Assembly (NCBI RefSeq): GCF_042660085.1
Contig: NZ_JBHSTI010000020.1
Coordinates: forward strand, 1 to 5,833
Length of the DNA stretch: 5,833 nt
Reading direction: 5' to 3'
DNA from: Longivirga aurantiaca
Lineage (GTDB): Bacteria > Actinomycetota > Actinomycetes > S36-B12 > CAIYMF01
Shown here: positions 1-5,833 of the stretch, piece by piece
Layout: each line of letters begins with the position of its first letter
Position numbering within the stretch: the first letter of the stretch is position 1
Program-made: the position numbers and the translations under genes
Notes under the pieces: generated by a model
The model's database searches: none
Seen by the model: the letters and a program-made list of their open reading frames with translations, nothing else
What the model was told of the DNA's origin: nothing

Positions 1-835
1 ACACGCCGGCCGACACGGGCCGCACGGAGTGCTCCCAGCGGTCGGCGGGGGCCTCGTGCTCGCCCGGGTCCTTGCGGACGCGGGTGAGGAGGCCGAGCGC
101 GACGCCCGCGACGGTCGCGTGGATCCCGCTGGCGTGCATGAGCCCCCAGATGACGAGGGCGAGGGGGAGGTAGACCCACCACCCCTCGACCCGCAGCCGC
201 TGGAGCAGGATCCAGAGCCCCATGCCGACGATCGACAGCAGGAACGGCACGAGCGCGAAGCCGTACGAGTAGAAGACCGCGATCACGAGGATCGCGCCGA
301 GGTCGTCGACGACGGCGAGCGTCAGCAGGAACGCCCGCAGCGCCACCGGCAGGTTGCGGCCGAGGACCGCGAGCACCGCGAGGGCGAACGCGATGTCGGT
401 GGCCATGGGGATGCCCCAGCCGACCCGGGCGGCGGTGTCGCCCATGACCGTGACGGTCAGGGTGAACAGCAGCGCCGGCATCGCCATGCCGCCGAGCGCC
501 GCCACGACCGGGACGATGGCCTTGCGGCGGTCCGAGAGCGACCCGACCACGAGCTCGTGCTTCAGCTCGAGCCCCGCGACGAAGAAGAAGACGGCGAGCA
601 GGCCGTCGGCGGCCCAGGTGGCGAGGGTCAGGTCGAGGTGAAGCACGGCCGGGCCGACCACGATCTCGGTGAGCGAGGTGTAGGCGTCGCGCCACGGCGA
701 GTTGGCCCAGACGAGGGCGATGACGGCCGCGCCGAGCAGCAGGCCGCCGCCGACGGTCTCGTTGCGCAGGGCGGTGAGGACGTACGAGCGCTCGGCGAGC
801 GGCAACCGGTCGAACACGACGTTGGGCTGGCTCAC
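1..835 (-). CDS. nhaA: Na+/H+ antiporter NhaA, N-terminal ~278 codons; C-terminus truncated by the left window edge
   Basis: My own translation of the minus strand from GTG at 835-833 gives MSQPNVVFDRLPLAERSYVLTALRNETVGGGLLLGAAVIALVWANSPW...FFFVAGLELKHELVVGSL...GWGIPMATDIAFALAVLAVLGRNLPVALRAFLLTLAVVDDLGAILVIAVFY...GLMHASGIHATVAGVALGLLTRV with no stop to the window edge. The ATDIAFALAVLAVLG and VVDDLGAI segments are hallmark NhaA motifs containing the transport aspartates. A GGAGG Shine-Dalgarno sits at 844-840. The frame is missing from the ORF track, probably because it is edge-truncated. Confidence 0.95.
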   Translation of the reverse strand, partial: MSQPNVVFDRLPLAERSYVLTALRNETVGGGLLLGAAVIALVWANSPWRDAYTSLTEIVVGPAVLHLDLTLATWAADGLLAVFFFVAGLELKHELVVGSLSDRRKAIVPVVAALGGMAMPALLFTLTVTVMGDTAARVGWGIPMATDIAFALAVLAVLGRNLPVALRAFLLTLAVVDDLGAILVIAVFYSYGFALVPFLLSIVGMGLWILLQRLRVEGWWVYLPLALVIWGLMHASGIHATVAGVALGLLTRVRKDPGEHEAPADRWEHSVRPVSAGV

Positions 836-848
836 GACACCTCCGTGC

Positions 849-958
849 GGTCGGCGCCCGTCGTGCCGGCCGGGTGATCGGCCGACCTGCCGGGCGTGCG
901 GTCACGACGAGCGGACCCGTCGCCCGGGCACCGCGCCGACCAGACTTCCCGGCTCACC
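849..958 (-). promoter_or_regulatory. Candidate structured 5' leader RNA (riboswitch-like) of nhaA
   Basis: Perfect 9-bp closing inverted repeat GGTCGGCGC (849-857) / GCGCCGACC (933-941). It encloses a perfect 7-bp inverted repeat CGTCGTG (859-865) / CACGACG (903-909) and an inner hairpin 866-872 / 879-885 (six Watson-Crick pairs plus one pair that is G.U only in minus-strand RNA). On the minus strand it is preceded by GGTGAGCCGGGAAGTCTGGTC (958-938) and followed by the nhaA SD at 844-840. Confidence 0.45.
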
Positions 959-984
959 ACCGTCCACCCTGCCACATCCGCAGC

Positions 985-1011
985 CCCCGGCCCCGGTGCA
1001 ATGAGCCGGGG
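985..1011 (-). terminator. Putative GC-rich hairpin terminator downstream of acs, lacking a U tract
   Basis: CCCCGGC (985-991) can pair with GCCGGGG (1005-1011), or alternatively CCCCGG (991-996) with CCGGGG (1006-1011). It begins 13 nt beyond the acs stop codon (1026-1024). Confidence 0.45.
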
Positions 1012-1023
1012 ACGCAGCGGGGG

Positions 1024-2982
1024 TCAGTCCTCGTTGGCGGCGCCGCTGGCGAGGCCCTCGCCGATGAGGTTCATGACGCTGGCGTCGGCGAGGGTGGTGG
1101 TGTCGCCGGTGGCGCGGCCCTCGGCGACGTCGCGCAGGAGACGGCGCATGATCTTGCCCGAGCGGGTCTTGGGGAGCTCGGGCACGACGAGGATCTGGCG
1201 CGGCTTGGCGATCGGGCCGATCTCGTGGGCGACGTGGTTGCGCAGGTCGGCCACCACGTGGTCGCCGGGGTCGACGCCCTCGCGCAGGATCACGAACGCG
1301 ACGATGCCCTGGCCGGTGGTCTCGTCGGTGGCGCCGACGACGGCCGCCTCGGCGACGACCGGGTGCGAGACGAGCGCGGACTCGACCTCGGTGGTCGAGA
1401 TCCGGTGGCCCGACACGTTCATGACGTCGTCGACGCGGCCGAGGAGCCAGATCGCGCCGTCCTCGTCGAGCTTGGCGCCGTCGCCGGCGAAGTAGAGGCC
1501 CTTCCAGCGCGACCAGTAGGTCTCGACGTAGCGGTCGTTGTCGCCCCAGATGCCGCGCAGCATGGACGGCCACGGCTCGGTCAGCACGAGGTAGCCGCCT
1601 CCGCCGTTGCCGACGGGGTGGGCCTCGTCGTCGACGACCTCGGCGTTGATGCCGGGGATCGCGGTCATCGCCGAGCCGGGCTTGGTCGCGGTGACGCCGG
1701 GCAGCGGGCTGATCATGATCGCGCCGGTCTCGGTCTGCCACCACGTGTCGACGATCGGGCAGCGGTCGCCGCCGATGACGCGGCGGTACCACATCCACGC
1801 CTCGGGGTTGATGGGCTCGCCCACCGACCCGAGCACGCGGAGGCTGGTCATGTCGAAGCCGGCAGGGATGTCCTCGCCCCACTTCATGAACGTGCGGATC
1901 GCCGTGGGCGCGGTGTAGAGGATCGAGACGCGGTACTTCTCGACGAGCTCCCACCAGCGGCCGTTGTGCGGCGTGTCGGGAGTGCCCTCGTACATGAGCG
2001 ACGTCGCCCCGTTGGCGAGCGGGCCGTAGACGACGTACGAGTGGCCGGTGACCCAGCCGATGTCGGCGGTGCACCAGTAGACGTCGGTGTCGGCCTTGAG
2101 GTCGAAGACGTTCTTGTGCGTGTACGACGCCTGCGTGAGGTAGCCGCCGGTCGTGTGCAGGATGCCCTTGGGCTTACCCGTGGTGCCCGAGGTGTAGAGG
2201 ATGAACAGCGGGTGCTCGGCGTCGAACGCCGTCGCCTCGTGCGTGGTCGACTGCGACCCCACGAGGTCGTGCCACCAGATGTCCTTGTCGGTCCACTCGA
2301 TGTCGTCCTGGCCCGTGCGCTTCACGACGAGCACGCTCTTGATCGACGGCGACGCCGCGACGGCCTCGTCGACCGCGGGCTTCAGCGCCATCGGCTTGCC
2401 GCGGCGGTTGCCGCCGTCGCACGTGATCACCAGGACCGCCTCGGCGTCCTCGATGCGCGAGCGCAGCGCCTCGGCGGAGAACCCGCCGAACACCACCGAG
2501 TGCACGGCGCCGATGCGTGCGCACGCGAGCATCGCGACCGCGGCCTCGGGGATCATCGGCAGGTAGATCGCGACGCGGTCGCCGGCCTTCACGCCGAGCG
2601 ACTCCAGCGCGTTCGCGGCCTGGCTCACCTCGGCCAGGAGCTCGGCGTAGGTGATGTCGCGGGTGTCGCCGGGCTCGCCCTCGAAGTGGTACGCCACCTT
2701 GTCGCCGCGCCCGGCCGCGACGTGCCGGTCGAGGCAGTTCACCGCGACGTTGAGCTTGCCGCCGTCGAACCACTTCACGAACGGCGCGTCCGACCAGTCG
2801 AGAGCCGTCGTCCACGGCGTCTCCCACTCGAGGGTCGCTGCCTGCTTCTCCCAGAACGCGACGCGGTCCGCCGAGGCCTCGGCGTACAGGTCGGCCGTCG
2901 CGTTGGCCTGCGCGGCGAACTCCGCCGACGGCGGGAAGGCGCGGTCCTCGTGGGACAGGTTCTCGATCGCGTCGTGGCTCAC
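1024..2982 (-). CDS. acs: Acetyl-CoA synthetase (AMP-forming acetate--CoA ligase), 652 aa
   Basis: Complete ORF GTG (2982) to TGA (1024). Contains the adenylate-forming signature [23 protein letters not shown], the [19 protein letters not shown] segment, [29 protein letters not shown] and the C-terminal [11 protein letters not shown] catalytic lysine motif. SD GAGGAG at 2992-2987, 4 nt before the start. Confidence 0.98.
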   Translation of the reverse strand: MSHDAIENLSHEDRAFPPSAEFAAQANATADLYAEASADRVAFWEKQAATLEWETPWTTALDWSDAPFVKWFDGGKLNVAVNCLDRHVAAGRGDKVAYHFEGEPGDTRDITYAELLAEVSQAANALESLGVKAGDRVAIYLPMIPEAAVAMLACARIGAVHSVVFGGFSAEALRSRIEDAEAVLVITCDGGNRRGKPMALKPAVDEAVAASPSIKSVLVVKRTGQDDIEWTDKDIWWHDLVGSQSTTHEATAFDAEHPLFILYTSGTTGKPKGILHTTGGYLTQASYTHKNVFDLKADTDVYWCTADIGWVTGHSYVVYGPLANGATSLMYEGTPDTPHNGRWWELVEKYRVSILYTAPTAIRTFMKWGEDIPAGFDMTSLRVLGSVGEPINPEAWMWYRRVIGGDRCPIVDTWWQTETGAIMISPLPGVTATKPGSAMTAIPGINAEVVDDEAHPVGNGGGGYLVLTEPWPSMLRGIWGDNDRYVETYWSRWKGLYFAGDGAKLDEDGAIWLLGRVDDVMNVSGHRISTTEVESALVSHPVVAEAAVVGATDETTGQGIVAFVILREGVDPGDHVVADLRNHVAHEIGPIAKPRQILVVPELPKTRSGKIMRRLLRDVAEGRATGDTTTLADASVMNLIGEGLASGAANED

Positions 2983-3096
2983 GTCGCTCCTCGGTTCTGG
3001 GGGTCGGCGGGTGCCGACGGGAGTCAGGTGTCGTTTCTACCGCAGGGCGGGGTTGCGGGGGAGGCTGCATGCCTAGGCTGCCCCGGTGAGCGTGCG

Positions 3097-3130
3097 GCCG
3101 AGGTGCCCCGGCGGACCGGGGCACCTCGGC
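3097..3130. terminator. Strong perfect hairpin in the symporter-acs intergenic region; putative intrinsic terminator or processing/attenuation element
   Basis: GCCGAGGTGCCCCGG (3097-3111), CGGA loop (3112-3115), CCGGGGCACCTCGGC (3116-3130): 15 bp perfect stem with a 4-nt loop. No T-rich tract on either strand. Confidence 0.6.
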
Positions 3131-3138
3131 GCGGCTGC

Positions 3139-3170
3139 GGGGCGGCGCCGCTCTCGAACGACGCCGCCCC
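3139..3170. terminator. Second hairpin immediately after the symporter stop codon; putative terminator component
   Basis: GGGGCGGCG (3139-3147) / CGCCGCCCC (3162-3170): 9 bp perfect inverted repeat with a 14-nt loop, starting 5 nt past the symporter stop (3178-3176). Confidence 0.45.
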
Positions 3171-3175
3171 ACGGC

Positions 3176-4780
3176 TCAGTGCGCGCCGGCCCCCGTGAGG
3201 GCTCGCACCTCGAGCTCGGGGTACTTCTCCTCGCTCGACTCCTCGCGCCCGGTCATCGTGCCGAGCCAGGCGCAGAAGAAGCCGAACGGGATCGAGATGA
3301 GCCCCGGGTTGTTGAGCGGGAACAGCGCCGGGGTCGTCGTCGAGAAGATCGACGTCGGCGTGCCGAAGCCCACCGGCGAGATCACGACGAGGATCAGGGC
3401 CATGCCGAGACCGCCGTAGATCCCCCACACCGCACCGCGGGTGGTGAACCGCTTCCAGAACAGCGAGAAGAGGATCGTCGGCAGGTTCGCCGACGCCGCG
3501 ACCGCGAACGCGAGCCCCACGAGGAACGCGATGTTCTGCTTCTGGGCGAGGATCCCGAGGATGATCGCGAGGACGCCGATCGCGATGGTCGCGAGCCGCG
3601 CCACCTTGACCTCCTCGGCCCCGGTCGCCTTGCCCTTCTTGATCACGTTGCCGTAGAAGTCGTGTGCGAACGACGAGCTCGACGCCAGCGTGAGCCCTGC
3701 GACCACCGCGAGGATCGTCGCGAAGGCGACGGCGCAGATGACCGACATGAGGACCGTGCCGCCGACCGAGCCGGCGCCGCCACCGAGGAACTGCGCGAGC
3801 AGGGGCGCCGCGGAGTTGCCGCCCTTGTCCGCCTCGGTGATGGCCTCCGACCCGACCAGAGCCGCAGCACCGAAGCCGAGGAACGTCGTCATGATGTAGA
3901 AGGCGCCGATGATGCCGATCGCCCAGTTGACCGACGTACGGGCCGCACGCGCGGTGGGGACGGTGTAGAAGCGCGTGAGGATGTGCGGGAGGCCGGCCGT
4001 GCCGAGCACCAGCGCGAGGCCGAGCGACAGCAGGTCGACCGGGTCCTTGTACTTGTTGCCGGGCGCGAGGAAGTTCGGGTTGCCGCTCGCGTCCTGAGCC
4101 GCGGTCAGCATCGTCGAGACGTTGAAGTTGAACTTCATGAGGACGAGCACCGAGATCAGGATCGTGCCGCCCATGAGCAGCAGGGCCTTGATGATCTGCA
4201 CCCAGGTGGTCGCCTTCATGCCGCCGACGATCACGTAGACGATCATCAGCGCGCCGACCGCGGCGATGGTGAGGCTCTTGCCCGCGTCGGACGTGATGCC
4301 GAGCAGGAGCGAGACCAGTGCACCCGCGCCGGCCATCTGGGCCAGCAGGTAGAACAGCGAGATCGTCAGGGTGGAGATCGACGCCGCGGTGCGTACGGGG
4401 CGCTGGCGCAGGCGGTAGGCCAGGACGTCGGCCATCGTGAACTTGCCTGAGTTGCGCAGCGGCTCGGCCACGAACAGCAGCACGACGAGGTACGCGACGA
4501 GGAAGCCGACGCTGTAGAGGAAGCCGTCGTAGCCGTAGAGGGCGATCAGCCCTGCGATGCCGAGGAAGGAGGCTGCCGACATGTAGTCGCCGGAGATGGC
4601 GATGCCGTTCTGGATGCCGCCGATCGAGCGGCCCGCGGCGTAGAAGTCCTCCGCGTTCTTGGTCTTGCGCCCCATCACCACGGTGATGCCGAGGGTGATG
4701 CCGACGAAGACGAGGAAGAGCACGATCGCGAGGATCCGCTGGGAGTCGCTGGTGATCGCGGCTGCGAGGGTCGTGGTCAC
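3176..4780 (-). CDS. actP: Cation/acetate symporter, sodium:solute symporter family (ActP/MctC type), 534 aa
   Basis: Complete ORF GTG (4780) to TGA (3176). Multi-pass hydrophobic protein with [62 protein letters not shown] and [35 protein letters not shown], typical of ActP/MctC. It neighbours a DUF485 gene and acs. The real substrate could be acetate, propionate, pyruvate or a related monocarboxylate. Confidence 0.93.
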   Translation of the reverse strand: MTTTLAAAITSDSQRILAIVLFLVFVGITLGITVVMGRKTKNAEDFYAAGRSIGGIQNGIAISGDYMSAASFLGIAGLIALYGYDGFLYSVGFLVAYLVVLLFVAEPLRNSGKFTMADVLAYRLRQRPVRTAASISTLTISLFYLLAQMAGAGALVSLLLGITSDAGKSLTIAAVGALMIVYVIVGGMKATTWVQIIKALLLMGGTILISVLVLMKFNFNVSTMLTAAQDASGNPNFLAPGNKYKDPVDLLSLGLALVLGTAGLPHILTRFYTVPTARAARTSVNWAIGIIGAFYIMTTFLGFGAAALVGSEAITEADKGGNSAAPLLAQFLGGGAGSVGGTVLMSVICAVAFATILAVVAGLTLASSSSFAHDFYGNVIKKGKATGAEEVKVARLATIAIGVLAIILGILAQKQNIAFLVGLAFAVAASANLPTILFSLFWKRFTTRGAVWGIYGGLGMALILVVISPVGFGTPTSIFSTTTPALFPLNNPGLISIPFGFFCAWLGTMTGREESSEEKYPELEVRALTGAGAH

Positions 4781-4783
4781 TGG

Positions 4784-5185
4784 TCAGGCTCCCGTGCTCA
4801 GGTCGGCCTCGAGGAGCTCCTCGTCGGACGTGTGGGTGGGGTGCGCGCCGCGCAGGGCGTCGAGCCGCTCCACCTCCGCCTTGAGCTCGGTGGCCTCCGG
4901 GTCGATGTTCTTGTCGGCGTAGCGCGTGTACGCGATCGCGATCGCGAAGGTGCTGACGAACTGCAGCAGCGCGAAGATGTATCCGATGGTGATCGAGCCG
5001 ATGACGGGGGTCGCCATCCACTCTCGCTGCCATCCGGCGCAGTAGATGAGCAGCAGGTACCACGCCATGAACAGCGCGCCCATCGGGAAGATGAAGCGGC
5101 GGTAGCGGCTGCGCAGGTCGCGGAACTTCGGGCTCCGCTCGACGACGAGGTACGGGTCCTCGTGCGTGCTTTCGGTAGAGCTCAC
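4784..5185 (-). CDS. DUF485 / YjcH-like small inner membrane protein, 133 aa
   Basis: Complete ORF GTG (5185) to TGA (4784) with strong SD GGAGGAG (5197-5191). The sequence ...SPKFRDLRSRYRRFIFPMGALFMAWYLLLIYCAGW...GYIFALLQFVSTFAIAIAYTRYADKNIDPEA has two hydrophobic segments and the F..L..R.RRF...M...F..WY motif layout of DUF485. It sits 3 nt upstream of the symporter start. Confidence 0.93.
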   Translation of the reverse strand: MSSTESTHEDPYLVVERSPKFRDLRSRYRRFIFPMGALFMAWYLLLIYCAGWQREWMATPVIGSITIGYIFALLQFVSTFAIAIAYTRYADKNIDPEATELKAEVERLDALRGAHPTHTSDEELLEADLSTGA

Positions 5186-5231
5186 TGGGACTCCTCCGGT
5201 CGGGACGTCCGATCGAGATGGACAGAGCGCC

Positions 5232-5247
5232 TGTGACCTCGGTCACC
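5232..5247. promoter_or_regulatory. Candidate CRP/GlxR-type operator upstream of the DUF485-symporter pair
   Basis: TGTGACCTCGGTCACC compared with consensus TGTGA-N6-TCACA matches 9 of 10 defined positions. The core GTGACC-TC-GGTCAC is a perfect 6+6 palindrome. Its near edge is 46 nt from the DUF485 start codon, in non-coding DNA. Confidence 0.55.
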
Positions 5248-5304
5248 CGGCGGGAGCGAGTGTGGGTGCCGGCGATGCTGCGCGGAACGGGATGCCCCGT
5301 GCAC

Positions 5305-5329
5305 CTCGCCGGGTGGCAGGCACGGCGAG
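5305..5329. repeat. Short inverted repeat in the symporter-DUF485 intergenic region
   Basis: CTCGCCG (5305-5311) / CGGCGAG (5323-5329), 7 bp perfect with an 11-nt loop. In a GC-rich region this could be chance. Confidence 0.35.
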
Positions 5330-5354
5330 CCGAGAGGGGCCCGACGGCCGTTGC

Positions 5355-5390
5355 GCCTGCGCCGAACGGTCCGGCCTGCGCGCCGAACGG
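5355..5390. repeat. Imperfect tandem direct repeat, two copies
   Basis: GCCTGC--GCCGAACGG (5355-5369) and GCCTGCGCGCCGAACGG (5374-5390), differing by one inserted GC dinucleotide. Confidence 0.45.
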
Positions 5391-5463
5391 CCGCCGCGTC
5401 CTGCAGGTGTGACGGGGCCGTGAACCGTTGGGCGCCGTGAGGTTTCGTGGGCAGACCGGCCGC

Positions 5464-5833
5464 TCAGCGGCGGGTGTCGAGCTCCTCGGGCGCGTGCAGG
5501 CGCGTCATCGCGCTGTCCGCCGTACGCCGTCCGCGGTCGGTCGTGCGCAGCGACACGATGATCCCGGCGGCGAACGCGAGCGGCACGGTCCACGCGGCCG
5601 GCTGGCCGAGGAGCGCGCCGACGATGCCCGTGAACGGACCTGCGGCGAGCACCAGCACGACGGCGAAGAGCGCCGTGCCGCCGCCGACCCACAGCGCGGC
5701 GAGGGCGCCCCGCGAGGTGAGGCGCGGCCACCAGATGCCGAGCACGAGCAGCGGGCAGAACGTCGAGGCCGCGACCGCGAAGGCGAGCGTCACCGTCTGC
5801 GCGAGGTTCGCGCGTCCGGCGACCAGTGCGAGG
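5464..5833 (-). CDS. C-terminal part of a second sodium:solute symporter family protein (cation/acetate symporter-like); N-terminus beyond the right window edge
   Basis: The frame is open from the edge (5832) to TGA at 5464: [69 protein letters not shown]...AAWTVPLAFAAGIIVSLRTTDRGRRTADSAMTRLHAPEELDTRR. It aligns by eye with [46 protein letters not shown] in the neighbouring symporter. The tracked 109-aa ORF (5464-5793) starts at an internal GTG and is only part of it. Confidence 0.87.
   Translation of the reverse strand, partial: LALVAGRANLAQTVTLAFAVAASTFCPLLVLGIWWPRLTSRGALAALWVGGGTALFAVVLVLAAGPFTGIVGALLGQPAAWTVPLAFAAGIIVSLRTTDRGRRTADSAMTRLHAPEELDTRR

Noticed and set aside
29-877. Plus-strand ORF of 282 aa
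   Set aside because: Antisense to the clear nhaA coding frame. The translation is a low-complexity Arg/Asp/Glu/Gly-rich chain typical of shadow frames in high-GC DNA.
902-2074. Minus-strand ORF of 390 aa overlapping acs
   Set aside because: Alternative frame of acs with highly Arg-rich composition. It also runs across the acs stop into the nhaA leader region without any motif.
2174-3172. Minus-strand ORF of 332 aa that starts in the actP-acs gap
   Set aside because: Out of frame with acs. The Arg/Gly-rich sequence reflects GC bias, and its start lies inside the hairpin region.
874-3198. Plus-strand ORF of 774 aa, longer than acs itself
   Set aside because: Fully overlaps acs on the opposite strand and has Arg/Ala/Asp/Val-rich non-protein-like composition with no recognisable motif. 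Stop-poor antisense frames are expected at this GC content.
3086-4450. Plus-strand ORF of 454 aa starting at the leaderless-like GTG
   Set aside because: The protein is antisense to actP and low complexity, so it is rejected as a CDS. Only the promoter-like motif before it is kept, as a weak finding.
3024-5246. Minus-strand ORF of 740 aa
   Set aside because: Out of frame across both the symporter and DUF485 genes, with Arg/His/Pro/Gly-rich composition. The overlapping frames give well-supported membrane proteins.
5166-5423. Small plus-strand ORFs (85 aa at 5166-5423 and 64 aa at 5218-5412) in the intergenic region
   Set aside because: No good SD, no recognisable motif and overlap with the CRP-like palindrome. 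GC-rich composition makes them likely spurious, though a small peptide cannot be formally excluded.
5243-5731. Minus-strand ORF of 162 aa overlapping the second symporter
   Set aside because: Out of frame with the recognisable SSS-family C-terminus, and Arg/Ala/Pro-rich in the manner of a shadow frame.
1-5833. Possible CRISPR, prophage, transposon, toxin-antitoxin or defence island content
   Set aside because: No regularly spaced repeats, integrase/transposase motifs, terminal inverted repeats or tRNA were seen. The gene content is core acetate metabolism and ion homeostasis.

Overview
This is a high-GC, actinobacterial-looking housekeeping window. All supported genes are on the minus strand, in transcription order from right to left: (a) the C-terminal end of a sodium:solute symporter family protein, cut by the right window edge; (b) a DUF485/YjcH-like small membrane protein; (c) an ActP/MctC-type cation/acetate symporter, 3 nt downstream of (b); (d) acetyl-CoA synthetase (acs); (e) an NhaA Na+/H+ antiporter, cut by the left window edge and absent from the supplied ORF track. 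I see no mobile element, CRISPR array, tRNA/rRNA or defence-type system. The non-coding signals are more interesting. The acs-nhaA gap (836-1023) can fold on the minus strand into a multi-branched RNA with a possible loop-loop contact, ending a few nt before the nhaA Shine-Dalgarno, so it is a riboswitch-like leader candidate. A near-consensus CRP/GlxR-type palindrome lies upstream of the DUF485-symporter pair. Two consecutive strong hairpins separate the symporter from acs. The other long ORFs in the track look like GC-driven shadow frames.
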